In this document: piece after piece, positions 11,365 through 22,155 of the stretch
Layout of the letters: each line of letters begins with the position of its first letter
Numbering within the stretch: position 1 is the stretch's first letter
NCBI GenBank assembly: GCA_016745035.1
Contig: JADGDE010000005.1
Location: forward strand, 29,032-93,031
Length of the DNA: 64,000 nucleotides
Reading direction: 5' to 3'
DNA from: Thiotrichales bacterium
Lineage (GTDB): Bacteria; Pseudomonadota; Gammaproteobacteria; Beggiatoales; Beggiatoaceae
The notes under the pieces: generated by a model
The model's database searches: none
What the model was told of the DNA's origin: nothing
Seen by the model: only the letters and a program-made list of their open reading frames with translations
Position numbers and translations under genes: made by a program

Positions 11365-14300
11365 ATGATGATTATAAAACCGATAAGAATCACCCTATTT
11401 TGCCTATTATTTTCCCCATTTCTTCATGCTCAAGTTAGCACCGATGGTAGCTTAGGGCTTGCCATCGAACTGCAAGGTGCGCGTTATTTGATTGGAGAAG
11501 ATTTAGGGCGGCAACAAGGGCAAAATTTATTTCATAGTTTTAGCCAATTTAGTCTCAATGCCGAGGAGAGCGCGCATTTTCAGGGGAATCAGGGCATAGA
11601 ACAAGTCATAGTCAGGGTCACTGGCGGCGATAGCAGTTATATTGATGGTTTGCTCAGCAGCGACATGAACGCTGATTTTTTCTTTTTAAATCCCCAAGGC
11701 TTTCGTTTTGGAGCCAATGCGAAGCTCGACATCAGTGGTGATTTAAGTTTTTCGGGCGCGAATTATATTTGCCTAGATAAAGCTAACTTTTATGCCGATT
11801 TAGCCGCCAACTCGACACTTAGCAGTGCGCCCGTGAGTGCTTTTGGTTTTGCTGATGCGAATCAATCCCAAATTACTTTCAATGGACATGGTTTATTGTC
11901 TGCCGAAACTGGCGCACAATTAGCCGAAAATAAGAGTACAGGGATGCGTTTGGCGGCGGACAAAAACTTAAATCTCATCGCCCAGCAGATTAAATCTGAA
12001 CAAGGCAGTTATTATGTTGCCCACGGTCAAGACCGCAATGGCAAAGCCACCGAAACCGAAACCCTGTTGCCTTTGGTAGTGCTGCAAAATTCGGGGCGAC
12101 TCAACGTTGCGGCGGTTGCTAGCGTTGGGGAAGCTAAATTGGATAATTCGGGCTTTGATGTCAGTGCTTTTAATCACTTGGGGGATATTGAAATAACCGC
12201 CCAAAGTGCTTTTCATGTCGAGGGCTTAGGCGTGGGCAATATTCATCTACAAGCTGAGCATATCCATGTCGATAATAGCGAATTAAGTTTAAGCACTATC
12301 AATTTTGACCCCAGACAAAGCGGTAATATCCGTCTGGATGCCAATACGGTCGAATTGAATCACAGTGGACAACTGGCGAGCTTAAATATGGGATCTGCGC
12401 CTGGGGCTGCGATTCGTATCAATGCCCGAGAGTCCATCAGCATCAAAGACACCAATGCCAATACCAAAAATAAATCCAGTATTACCGCTTTAAGTTTTGC
12501 TGATGGTCAAGTCGGCGACATTGAACTCAACGCGCCAACTATTACTGTTGCCAATGCCGATATTGAAGGCGCACCTTTTAGCAGTGGTGAAGGCGGGGCT
12601 TTGAATTTTATTGCTAGCGAAAAAGTCCATTTGGAAAAATCTAATATTGCCTTTAGCAATTTTAGCCGGGAAAAAGGGGCAGGGCGCGGTGGTAAAGTCT
12701 TAATTCAAGCACCTAAAATCGAATTAGCTAGCCGTACTTTGATTAATGGTGGGGTGTTTGGTACAGCGGATGCGGGCGATATTACCCTACGCGGTGAACA
12801 GATTAACATTAGCGGCGATAGCCGTTTGTTTGCCGATGCGGTGTTTGGTAGTGGCAATGGCGGTATCATTGATATAGAAGCCGATACCATTGCTGTGACC
12901 GAAGGATCAATCATTGAAGCCTCAGCAAAAAACTTCTTTGGGCATGGTGGCCAAATCAAAATTAAGGCAAAAGAGCGCTTGAGCTTAAGTGGTGTGGGCA
13001 GTAATGGTGAAGCCAGCGCTATCAAAGCAGGTTCCCAACCTTTTTTCCAAGAAACCATCGCCGGCACAGGTGGCAGCATTGACATTCAAGCGGGCAACTT
13101 GGACTTAAAACAAGGCGCGAGTATTTCTAATAACAGCAGTGCGGGCGAAAATATTAACAGTGGCGATGCAGGAGATATTCGCATTCAAGTCACAGGCGAG
13201 ACCTTGCTTTCGGGCGCAAACCCCCATGGCGAAAACCGCGAAGGCTTTGGTTCCGGCATTTATGCCCAAGTCTTGGGCGTGGGCAATAATACCGGCAAAG
13301 GTGGCAATATCGAGCTGAGTACGGGGACTTTGCGGATTGAAAACGGGGCAGTGATTAAAACCAGCACCAATAATCAACAAGCCGGGGGCAATATTCAGTT
13401 AAATGTCACAAGCGACGCGCTGATTCAAGGACAAGCCACGCCTGCCGATGTCACCGAGCCGCCCCTTTCTCGCCAAACTTTATATATCAAAGAATTTGTC
13501 CCTAGTGTTTATAACCAGTCTGTTAGCGGTATTTATGCTGAAACCAATAACAATGCCGATGATGCCGGGCGAGGGGGTAATATTGACATTCAAGCGGGCA
13601 GCTTGACATTGCTAGATCAAGGGCAAATTTCCACCACCACCGAAGGCGGTGGTATCGCCGGGAATATTGATATTAGCGCCCAACAGTTGTATCTCGATGA
13701 TCACGCCAATATTCACTCTGATAGCAGCTTTTATAATCGCTTTAATTTTGCCGATGCCAGCGAACGGGATAGCAAAATGCTCAAACTCGGTGATGTGGTG
13801 GCGGTAGAAAACGACACCGACAATGCGGTTCAAGGCTATTATGTCAATGTCGGTGATGAAATGTTACGGCTTAATTATCATTATCAAATCAATGAGCTAG
13901 CCGACCTAGAAGCATTGCCCACCCAATATAGTTTTGCCAATGGCGATATGGTGCGGGTTAATGCCAGCGGTGATTATTATATCTATAATTCTTCCGCTAG
14001 AGAGAGCGCGTTTAAGTGGATGTTGCTGGATAAGCAGGCAAACCCGGTTGAACTAGAAAACCTATCTGAACTTGCTGCCTTAAATAATTGGACGGATGGC
14101 AATAGCAACAGTTCTCCTTACCCCAACGGTACGGCCTTAAAAGTGCTAGATATGGGCAATGGTAAACCGGCTGATTTTATTTATTTTGTTTATCCCGACA
14201 GTGATACCCAGTTTAATATGGCGCAAGCGGTACAAATCCGACAATACTTTTTAACCGATGCCAGTGCCTTAGGCAATCTGGGGGACAATCAGTTTTTGGA

Positions 14301-15207
14301 TAAAGGCGACCATGCCATTATCTTGTCGTCCTCAGGACAGATATCGAGCGATTATATTTATAATGGCAAGCAATGGATAGAAACTCGTGATAATCATACG
14401 GTCAGTGATAACACCCTGCGCCAAAATTTAGTTTTGAGCAAACAAGGTGCGCGGGTGCATTTAGAGACTGCCAACGATTTAGGTCAAGATTTTATCTATG
14501 ATGGCAAAGATTGGATGCCGATCAATCCGCAACCTATCAATGTGTTAAATTTAGCTCAGCGTGATGCCCTCAACGCGCAAGAGGGCGATATAGCTCAAGT
14601 ATTAAATACGGGCGATGAGCGTTATGATGCGTTCTTTTATAAAGACGGACAATGGCAACGCCAATCCCGTGGCGGTGATGCGGGGCGTTTAGATATCAAC
14701 ATCAGCGGGCGGATTAAAATGGGCGAAAACACCAATATTAGCACCGAGTCCAATAGTGCTGGGGGCGGCAGTATTCAATTGCGCGCCGAACAAGGCTATG
14801 ATCTATATCGTGCCAATATCAGCACCAGCGTTCAAGAAGGCATTGGCAACAGCGGTAACTTGAACTTAGACGGCAATACCTTTGTCGCCTTGAATCAAAG
14901 TCGTATTACCGCCCAAGCCGATGCGGGCAATGGCGGTAACATCAGCTTAAATACGCCCTATTATTTGCCCTCTTTGCAGAGTTTAGTCAGCGCCTCATCG
15001 CGTTTAGGAATTGATGGCGAGGTCATTATCAACTCACCCAATAACGATGTCAGCAGCCCCTTGGTTGCCTTGTCTTCTAACTTCTTGAACCAACCAGAAA
15101 TTGCTTTGAATCAATGTGCCATCGACGCTTTGGATGCCCTGAGTCGTTTTAATATCAAATTAGAATATAATGGCAAAGCCAAAAGTCCTGAGGACTTTCA
15201 AGATTGA
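11365..15207 (+). CDS. Large exoprotein with an N-terminal two-partner-secretion (TPS / filamentous haemagglutinin N-terminal) domain, a beta-helix repeat body and an inserted aromatic repeat module
   Basis: Signal peptide, then a TPS-domain signature (NLFHSFSQFSL...VIVRVTGGDSSYIDGLL...FFFLNPQGFRFGANAKLDISG, NPNG-like). Many GGNI(D/E)(I/L)xAG beta-helix repeats follow. Residues about 700-1000 hold a different repeat type (DFIY.GKDW, YYIYNS, FFYKDGQWQ). No TpsB transporter gene is in the window. Confidence 0.7.
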   Translation: MMIIKPIRITLFCLLFSPFLHAQVSTDGSLGLAIELQGARYLIGEDLGRQQGQNLFHSFSQFSLNAEESAHFQGNQGIEQVIVRVTGGDSSYIDGLLSSDMNADFFFLNPQGFRFGANAKLDISGDLSFSGANYICLDKANFYADLAANSTLSSAPVSAFGFADANQSQITFNGHGLLSAETGAQLAENKSTGMRLAADKNLNLIAQQIKSEQGSYYVAHGQDRNGKATETETLLPLVVLQNSGRLNVAAVASVGEAKLDNSGFDVSAFNHLGDIEITAQSAFHVEGLGVGNIHLQAEHIHVDNSELSLSTINFDPRQSGNIRLDANTVELNHSGQLASLNMGSAPGAAIRINARESISIKDTNANTKNKSSITALSFADGQVGDIELNAPTITVANADIEGAPFSSGEGGALNFIASEKVHLEKSNIAFSNFSREKGAGRGGKVLIQAPKIELASRTLINGGVFGTADAGDITLRGEQINISGDSRLFADAVFGSGNGGIIDIEADTIAVTEGSIIEASAKNFFGHGGQIKIKAKERLSLSGVGSNGEASAIKAGSQPFFQETIAGTGGSIDIQAGNLDLKQGASISNNSSAGENINSGDAGDIRIQVTGETLLSGANPHGENREGFGSGIYAQVLGVGNNTGKGGNIELSTGTLRIENGAVIKTSTNNQQAGGNIQLNVTSDALIQGQATPADVTEPPLSRQTLYIKEFVPSVYNQSVSGIYAETNNNADDAGRGGNIDIQAGSLTLLDQGQISTTTEGGGIAGNIDISAQQLYLDDHANIHSDSSFYNRFNFADASERDSKMLKLGDVVAVENDTDNAVQGYYVNVGDEMLRLNYHYQINELADLEALPTQYSFANGDMVRVNASGDYYIYNSSARESAFKWMLLDKQANPVELENLSELAALNNWTDGNSNSSPYPNGTALKVLDMGNGKPADFIYFVYPDSDTQFNMAQAVQIRQYFLTDASALGNLGDNQFLDKGDHAIILSSSGQISSDYIYNGKQWIETRDNHTVSDNTLRQNLVLSKQGARVHLETANDLGQDFIYDGKDWMPINPQPINVLNLAQRDALNAQEGDIAQVLNTGDERYDAFFYKDGQWQRQSRGGDAGRLDINISGRIKMGENTNISTESNSAGGGSIQLRAEQGYDLYRANISTSVQEGIGNSGNLNLDGNTFVALNQSRITAQADAGNGGNISLNTPYYLPSLQSLVSASSRLGIDGEVIINSPNNDVSSPLVALSSNFLNQPEIALNQCAIDALDALSRFNIKLEYNGKAKSPEDFQD

Positions 15208-18200
15208 TGACAGGCATGGCTTTAATTTTTTTTAATGGAAATTTGAATGTGTTTAAACCGTTTTTATCTATATGCCTGTTATTAAGTTGTTTAAGTCTCA
15301 ATAGTTGGGCTGCGACAAATTTATCAATTGTTTATCCAGAGGAAAATGCGCCGTTTAGTTTTACCAATGATCAAGGCGAAGCTGCCGGGGTTTTAATTGA
15401 TATATGGCGTTTATGGGCAGCACAATCCCCCTCTATACCTCTCACATTTAAACAGCAAACCTGGTCCGGGAGTTTTGAGCAAATTCAACAAGAAGCGGTT
15501 GATATTCATGTGGGGATTTTTCACGATAGCGAAGATCAAGCCCCCAGAAACCAAGGGCTAAGTTATAGTGAACCTTTGCTCCCGGTTAAATATCATTTCT
15601 TTTTTCATAAAAGTTTGTTGGGAGTTAAAGCGTTAAGGGATTTATTGCCGTTTCGCATTGGTGTGATTGCCGATGGCTATAGCCACCGCTTGCTATTAAA
15701 ACGCCTACCCAATGCCAGCTTGCAAACTTATCAAACTTATAGCCAACTGTATAAAGCCGCACATCGCGGCGAAATTAAAGCGTTTATTTCGCCGTTATTA
15801 AATTACCGTTATTTTCTCAATCAAGGCATCAGCCCACAACCGTACCGTTATCATTCACATACACCCCTGTTTACCCAACATTACCGTGCGGCAGTAAAAC
15901 AAAATCAAAGTGCCTTACTCAAACAAATCAACGCAAGAATTAAAGCGCTAGATATTGAACAACAACGCACTGTCCGCAGGCGGTGGCTTGCCGGTACTGA
16001 TTTAGATGCCCGGCAATATTTACTGGTGGCCGCCAATGAAAATAACCCGCCTTTTTCCTTTACCAATGAACAAGGCGAGGCGGTAGGTTTATTGCTGGAT
16101 TTTTGGCGTTTGTGGGCAAAAGAGCAAAAAAAACAAATCGAATTTATTTTTAATACCCCCAGCCAAAGTAGGCAATGGGTACGCGAGGGTTTGGCTGATT
16201 TTCATGTCGGTAGCCGTCAATATAATAATGTCTGGGCAAATTACAGTGACGTAATTTATCGCTATCAACAAAGCTTATTTCATCTCAAAAAACACAAAGC
16301 CAGTTTTGATAGTCAAAGCAAAATTGCAGTTTTGCACAATGATGATGCGCTATGGCTAAAACAAAAATATCCCAATTTACGCACGCGCTTTTATCAACAG
16401 CTAAATGATGTGTTAGAGGATTTAACCCAAGAAAAACTGGATGGTTTTTTTGGTAATGCGCTTCAATTTCAAGATTATTTGAATAAACAGGGACGACAAG
16501 GAGATTTTGTTCAACAAGAGCGTTTTAACCGCGATGTGGATTTATATGCCCTGCTAAGGGGAGAATCCAATACCTTAGTAGAACACCTTAACCAAGGCTT
16601 GGATGAGCTGAAACCCGAACAATTATTGGTACTAGAACGCCAATGGCTTAGTGATGCCAATCGAGGTTTTTATCATCAAAAACAGCAAGGTATTTGGTTG
16701 AGCCAAGCAGAAAAAAAATGGCTTAAATCGCATCCACGTTTGATTATTAGCGGACATGACCAACTGATTCCCTTATCTTATTTTGATAAAAGCAAACAAG
16801 CCCATCAAGGCGTGGTCGCTGATTATTTGGCTTTGATTAGTCAATATAGCGGGCTGAAATTTATGTATGAGCCGGGCTTAAATCAGAAAAAAATTCAACG
16901 TAAACTAGGTAATGACAGTTTAGATGTCGTCCATCATTTTGGGCAAATGGACGACAAAGATTATTTAAGTACCGATGCCTATTTAAGCCTAAAATACGCC
17001 TTAATCAATCGCCGAGATGTCGAAAATATCGCTGATTTGAACCAGCTAAACGCTAACTATGCCCATATTGGTTTGATTCAAGGTATGCAGTTGAATCATA
17101 CCTTAGGACAAGATTATCCGAATTTAACCTTAAGTTTGTATCAAAATTATTATGATTTATTACATGACTTGACCAAAGGGCGCTTGGATGCCGCACTGGT
17201 TGATGATTTAAGCTTTAACTATTACCAACGGCAAAAACCCTTAAATAACCTCAAAATTGCCGGATTGACCGATTATCAATTAGATTTGAACTTTATTATT
17301 GGTAAAGATAAGCCTTTATTACAAAATATTATCAATAAATCCCTGCGTTATATCAGCGTCGAGGAACAACAACAAATCATCGGTAAATGGATTCCTTTTT
17401 CTAATCGAGATAATAGCTATAGTTACCTTAAAATCGCCTTTGCCTTGTTATTGTGTTTAGTCATCATCGCCATTTTCAGCTATTGGAATTACCGCCTACG
17501 GCATGAAAACCAGCGCCGTAAACACGCCGAGGCAGTCTTACGCCACAGCCGCGAGCAATTACAACTGGCAATGGATGCTGCTGCCTTAGGCACATGGGAT
17601 TTAAATCTCACTGAAGGGCAAGTGTATTGGAACGAACAAATGGCGTTACAGCATGGCTTTAACGCGGGGGTCAGTAAAGCCAGTTTACAAGCATGGTTGT
17701 ATGATTGTATTCACAAAGAAGATCGTCGCCGGGTGTTGGAAACATTCTCCAACTACATGGAAAACCGCATTGCCAGCTATCAAGTTGAATATCGCACCAT
17801 TAGTAATCAGTGGGTGATGGCACAAGGGCGAATTTTAGAGCGTGACAATGAAGGGATGCCCTTGCGCATTTTGGGTATTAGCCAAAATATTAGCCAACGG
17901 AAACAAAACGAAGCCGCCCTGGCTCATGCTTTGAATATGGCCGAGCAAGCCACGCAAGCGAAAAGCGAATTTTTAGCCAATATGAGTCACGAAATTCGCA
18001 CGCCGATGAACGCCATTATCGGTATGACACATTTGACCCTCGAGACCCAACTGAGTCCAAAACAAAAAAATTATTTGCGTAAAATTGATGCCGCTGCGCA
18101 ACTGTTGTTAGGGATTATTAATGATATTTTAGATTTTTCTAAAATTGAAGCGGGTAAACTCGACATAGAACTGATTGAATTTAAGCTCGATGATGTGCTC

Positions 18201-20198
18201 GATAATCTCGCCCATATGTTAGCGATTAAAGCCGATGAAAAGAATTTAGAAATTTTATTCTCGCGCGACCCTGATGTGCCGACTGTACTCAAAGGCGACC
18301 CACTGCGTTTGGGGCAAATTTTAATCAACTTAGTGAATAATGCGATCAAATTCACAGAAACCGGAGAAATCATTGTCCACAGCCGTTTTTTACGCCGTGA
18401 TAATGATCAAATGCAATTAGAGTTTTCCGTCAAAGACACCGGGATTGGCATTGAACAAGAAAAAGCCGAGCAATTATTTGATGCCTTTCATCAAGCCGAT
18501 AAATCAACCACCCGGCGCTATGGTGGCAGTGGCTTAGGTTTAAGTATTTGCAAACGCCTAGTCGAAATGATGAATGGCAAAATTTGGCTGGAAAGCACCC
18601 CCGGTGAAGGCTCGACTTTCTATTTTAGTATTACCCTTGGCTGTGCCCACAAACCCAAACTTAAATATCATTTGCTTGCGCCGGAATTACGCCATATCCG
18701 CATTTTGGTCATTGATGATAACCGCGCTGCCAGTTATATTTTGAGTGAAATGCTCAATAATTTCTCCTTTCAAGTCACGGTGATGCACAGTGGCGAAGAA
18801 GGCATTGCCGAGCTACAACGTAACCATAACAGCAAAGAACCCTTGTATCGTATTGTCCTACTTGATTGGAAAATGCCGGATATGGATGGGCTAGAAACAG
18901 CTCGGCAAATTCGGCAAATTTATCCTGCTGGCGAAGGTCCCTCTCTGGTCATGGTCACAGGGTATGGACATGATGATTTATTCAAAAATGTACAAAAAAT
19001 AGGCTTAGATGGTTATTTAATTAAACCCATCAATCCCTCGGTTTTATTTGACACCCTTGTGCGGGTGCTTGATCACAGCATTCCTCCAGAGGCAGGTGAG
19101 CAACTCAATCGTCAACTGCGAGCTGCGCCTTATTTTAGCCAAGGGGAAATCCTATTGGTTGAAGACAATTTGATCAATCAACAAGTGGCCGAAGAATTGC
19201 TCGATTCCATCGGCTTACATGTCACCACTGCAAGTCATGGTCTTGAGGCCATAGAAGCATTAAATAAACAAGCCTTTGACTTGATCTTAATGGATATTCA
19301 AATGCCAGAAATGGACGGCTTTACCGCCACAGCCGAAATCCGTCAATTGCCCCAAGGGCGCAAAGTCCCGATTGTCGCCATGACGGCTCACGCAAGTTTA
19401 CAAGACAAGAAAAAATGCCTAGAAGCAGGCATGGATGACCATATAGCCAAGCCGATAGAACCCCATTTATTATTTGCTACCCTAGCAAAATGGCTGCAAG
19501 ACTTAATCGATGATAAGCAACAATGCAATCTAGCAGAAACGACGGATAACACTGAACTACAAAATCATTTACCCGAACATTTGCCCGGCATTAATTTGGA
19601 AACAGGCTTATACCGTGTTAATGGAAATCATGAACTGCTGTTACGTTTATTACAGCGCTTTTATGACGAGCACCAAGAGAATATGAATGACTTGCACGAC
19701 TATGTTAAACGGGGGCAACTCTTTAATGCGCAACGTCTATTACACAGCCTCCAAGCCGTCAGTGGTAACGTCGGGGCAATGAAACTCTCTAAGCATAGCT
19801 ATACTTTAGAAACCTTAATTAAACAGCAAACCTCGCTCACGCCCTCATTTGTGGATATGCACCAAAAAGAAATGAAAAATTTAGAAAATGCCTTTCACCG
19901 GGTGTTTAAAGGCTTAGAAATTTGGGTACAACAGCAAACACAAAAACTTCCCAAGACCTCTAGCACAGCGAAAAAATTAGATTTAAGTCGCTTAAAGGCG
20001 GACATCAATCACTTGCATGAACAAACGGAATTAGGTGAAGTCGATGCTTTGCATAGTCTTGAGGCGATTAAAGAGCAGTTGGAAGGACACCAACGCTATC
20101 AAGAACTGTTAATGCAATTGCGTATTGATCTGGAAAATTATGACTTTGATGAAGCCCTTGCGGTGATTCAACAACTACAAGCGCACTTATTTCAATAG
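15204..20198 (+). CDS. BvgS/EvgS-like hybrid sensor histidine kinase: signal peptide, 3 periplasmic solute-binding-protein (VFT) domains, transmembrane segment, PAS, HisKA-HATPase, 2 receiver domains, Hpt
   Basis: Periplasmic modules share a duplicated PFSFTN(D/E)QGEAxGxLxDxWRLWA motif. The H-box is HEIRTPMNAIIGM and the G-box is GGSGLGLSI. Two receiver domains are present (DWKMPDMDG, MDIQMPEMDG), with a C-terminal Hpt (HSLQAVSGNVGA). The ATGA start overlaps the stop of the upstream TPS gene. Confidence 0.85.
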   Translation: MMTGMALIFFNGNLNVFKPFLSICLLLSCLSLNSWAATNLSIVYPEENAPFSFTNDQGEAAGVLIDIWRLWAAQSPSIPLTFKQQTWSGSFEQIQQEAVDIHVGIFHDSEDQAPRNQGLSYSEPLLPVKYHFFFHKSLLGVKALRDLLPFRIGVIADGYSHRLLLKRLPNASLQTYQTYSQLYKAAHRGEIKAFISPLLNYRYFLNQGISPQPYRYHSHTPLFTQHYRAAVKQNQSALLKQINARIKALDIEQQRTVRRRWLAGTDLDARQYLLVAANENNPPFSFTNEQGEAVGLLLDFWRLWAKEQKKQIEFIFNTPSQSRQWVREGLADFHVGSRQYNNVWANYSDVIYRYQQSLFHLKKHKASFDSQSKIAVLHNDDALWLKQKYPNLRTRFYQQLNDVLEDLTQEKLDGFFGNALQFQDYLNKQGRQGDFVQQERFNRDVDLYALLRGESNTLVEHLNQGLDELKPEQLLVLERQWLSDANRGFYHQKQQGIWLSQAEKKWLKSHPRLIISGHDQLIPLSYFDKSKQAHQGVVADYLALISQYSGLKFMYEPGLNQKKIQRKLGNDSLDVVHHFGQMDDKDYLSTDAYLSLKYALINRRDVENIADLNQLNANYAHIGLIQGMQLNHTLGQDYPNLTLSLYQNYYDLLHDLTKGRLDAALVDDLSFNYYQRQKPLNNLKIAGLTDYQLDLNFIIGKDKPLLQNIINKSLRYISVEEQQQIIGKWIPFSNRDNSYSYLKIAFALLLCLVIIAIFSYWNYRLRHENQRRKHAEAVLRHSREQLQLAMDAAALGTWDLNLTEGQVYWNEQMALQHGFNAGVSKASLQAWLYDCIHKEDRRRVLETFSNYMENRIASYQVEYRTISNQWVMAQGRILERDNEGMPLRILGISQNISQRKQNEAALAHALNMAEQATQAKSEFLANMSHEIRTPMNAIIGMTHLTLETQLSPKQKNYLRKIDAAAQLLLGIINDILDFSKIEAGKLDIELIEFKLDDVLDNLAHMLAIKADEKNLEILFSRDPDVPTVLKGDPLRLGQILINLVNNAIKFTETGEIIVHSRFLRRDNDQMQLEFSVKDTGIGIEQEKAEQLFDAFHQADKSTTRRYGGSGLGLSICKRLVEMMNGKIWLESTPGEGSTFYFSITLGCAHKPKLKYHLLAPELRHIRILVIDDNRAASYILSEMLNNFSFQVTVMHSGEEGIAELQRNHNSKEPLYRIVLLDWKMPDMDGLETARQIRQIYPAGEGPSLVMVTGYGHDDLFKNVQKIGLDGYLIKPINPSVLFDTLVRVLDHSIPPEAGEQLNRQLRAAPYFSQGEILLVEDNLINQQVAEELLDSIGLHVTTASHGLEAIEALNKQAFDLILMDIQMPEMDGFTATAEIRQLPQGRKVPIVAMTAHASLQDKKKCLEAGMDDHIAKPIEPHLLFATLAKWLQDLIDDKQQCNLAETTDNTELQNHLPEHLPGINLETGLYRVNGNHELLLRLLQRFYDEHQENMNDLHDYVKRGQLFNAQRLLHSLQAVSGNVGAMKLSKHSYTLETLIKQQTSLTPSFVDMHQKEMKNLENAFHRVFKGLEIWVQQQTQKLPKTSSTAKKLDLSRLKADINHLHEQTELGEVDALHSLEAIKEQLEGHQRYQELLMQLRIDLENYDFDEALAVIQQLQAHLFQ

Positions 20199-20258
20199 AA
20201 AGGAACTGGCATACACACATGGGCTGATGTCTAGTTCGACATCAACCCATCAGGCAAT

Positions 20259-22031
20259 TTAAGCTTTTTCTTCTTGCTTGACCTTAATACCCAGTTCTCG
20301 TAATTGTTTCAAACCGGCAGGTGATGGCGCTGAGGTCATCAAACATGCCGCTGTTTGGGTTTTAGGGAAGGCAATCACATCGCGAATTGAATCTGCACCG
20401 CTTAAGAGCATGATCAAGCGGTCGAGTCCAAAGGCTAAGCCGCCATGCGGTGGGCAACCGTATTTGAGCGCATCCAAGAGGAAACCAAATTTTTCTTGGG
20501 CTTCTTCTTCACCAATGCCTAAGAGTTCAAACACTGCTTGCTGCATTTCTGGGTTATGGATACGAATCGAACCACCACCCAGCTCAGAGCCATTGATCAC
20601 CATGTCATAGGCACGGGATAAGGTTTCACCCGGATTGGCTTTGAGGCTGTCAATATCTGTTGAGGGCGCAGTGAAGGGATGATGCAGCGCATTCCAGCGT
20701 TTGCCGCCTTCGTCCCAATCGAACATAGGGAAATCCATCACCCATAAAGGTGCCCATTTGCGGGTCAGCAAATCACGGTCATGACCGATTTTAACCCGTA
20801 ATGCGCCCAAGGCTTCGTTGACGATGGAGGTTTTATCCGCGCCAAAGAAAATCAAATCGCCATCTTTTGCCCCGGTGCGCTCTAAAATGCCATTAACACT
20901 ATCATCAGGTAAGAATTTCAAAATCGGTGATTGCAAGCCGTCACGGCCTTTGGCAATCTCGTTGACTTTAATATACGCCAAGCCTTTCGCACCATAGATG
21001 CCGACAAATTTGGTATAGCCATCAATAATTTTACGACTAATGCCTGCGCCTTCAGGCACACATAAAGCCGCTACGCGACATTTGGGATCTTTGGCAGGAG
21101 CGGCAAAAACTTTAAATTCGACATCTTGGAGCAAGTCGGCAATATCGACCAATTCCAAACCCATACGCATATCTGGGCGGTCAGAACCAAAGCGGCGCAT
21201 TGCCTCAGCATAAGTCATCACAGGGAAAGGATCATCAAGTTCAACATCAATGGTTTCTTTGAATACTTTACGAATCATGCTTTCCATCAAATTTTGAATC
21301 ACGCTTTCATCAATGAAAGACATTTCCACATCAAGCTGGGTAAATTCAGGCTGGCGGTCGGCACGTAAATCTTCATCACGGAAGCAACGGACAATTTGAT
21401 AATAACGATCCATGCCTGACATCATCAGCAATTGTTTAAATAATTGTGGTGATTGGGGCAGGGCAAAAAATTGACCGTTATGGGTACGGCTAGGGACGAG
21501 ATAATCACGCGCACCTTCGGGGGTGGCTTTGGTCAGCATCGGGGTTTCGATGTCCAAAAAGCCCTCGTCGTCCAAGAAATGGCGCAATAAACGACTCACT
21601 TGGGCTCGCAGTTGTAAACGGCTTTGCATCTCTGGGCGGCGTAAATCAATATAACGATAACGTAAGCGATTTTCTTCGTGTACGTCTTCATCATCTAATT
21701 GGAATGGTGGGGTATCGGCGTGATTTAAAATCTCAAGTTTTTTACCTAAAATTTCGATTTTACCGGTACGAATATCAGGATTATCCGTGCCTTCAGGACG
21801 CAAACGCACACGGCCCTCGATTTGTAACACAAACTCATTACGGACTTTATCCGCATTAGCAAAGGCCTCTTCAGTATCTGGGTCAAAAACCACTTGCACC
21901 CGACCTTCTCTATCACGCAGGTCAATAAAAATCACCCCACCATGATCGCGGCGGCGATTCACCCAGCCACAGAGTTGTACCGTTTGATCTAACAGGTTTT
22001 CATCTACATGACCACAATAATGGCTGCGCAT
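20259..22031 (-). CDS. aspS: Aspartate--tRNA ligase
   Basis: 590 aa. N-terminal anticodon-binding OB fold (MRSHYCGHV...[20 protein letters not shown]) and class II synthetase motifs ([18 protein letters not shown]; GGGSIRIH). Confidence 0.95.
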   Translation of the reverse strand: MRSHYCGHVDENLLDQTVQLCGWVNRRRDHGGVIFIDLRDREGRVQVVFDPDTEEAFANADKVRNEFVLQIEGRVRLRPEGTDNPDIRTGKIEILGKKLEILNHADTPPFQLDDEDVHEENRLRYRYIDLRRPEMQSRLQLRAQVSRLLRHFLDDEGFLDIETPMLTKATPEGARDYLVPSRTHNGQFFALPQSPQLFKQLLMMSGMDRYYQIVRCFRDEDLRADRQPEFTQLDVEMSFIDESVIQNLMESMIRKVFKETIDVELDDPFPVMTYAEAMRRFGSDRPDMRMGLELVDIADLLQDVEFKVFAAPAKDPKCRVAALCVPEGAGISRKIIDGYTKFVGIYGAKGLAYIKVNEIAKGRDGLQSPILKFLPDDSVNGILERTGAKDGDLIFFGADKTSIVNEALGALRVKIGHDRDLLTRKWAPLWVMDFPMFDWDEGGKRWNALHHPFTAPSTDIDSLKANPGETLSRAYDMVINGSELGGGSIRIHNPEMQQAVFELLGIGEEEAQEKFGFLLDALKYGCPPHGGLAFGLDRLIMLLSGADSIRDVIAFPKTQTAACLMTSAPSPAGLKQLRELGIKVKQEEKA

Positions 22032-22155
22032 CCGTTTATCCTTATGAGTTTAAGCCGAAAAAACCCGCAATTATACAATAAAACCGCCTGACAATGGCTG
22101 ATAAAAATAGATGCCGACCAACAAGCATAGCCATTTTATTGGGACAAGGTTATGA

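Noticed and set aside
12705-13380. Antisense ORFs (126 aa, 91 aa) inside the TPS-domain exoprotein gene
   Set aside because: They are reverse-strand readings of the GGNI-repeat region, typical of spurious ORFs in repetitive, GC-skewed coding sequence.
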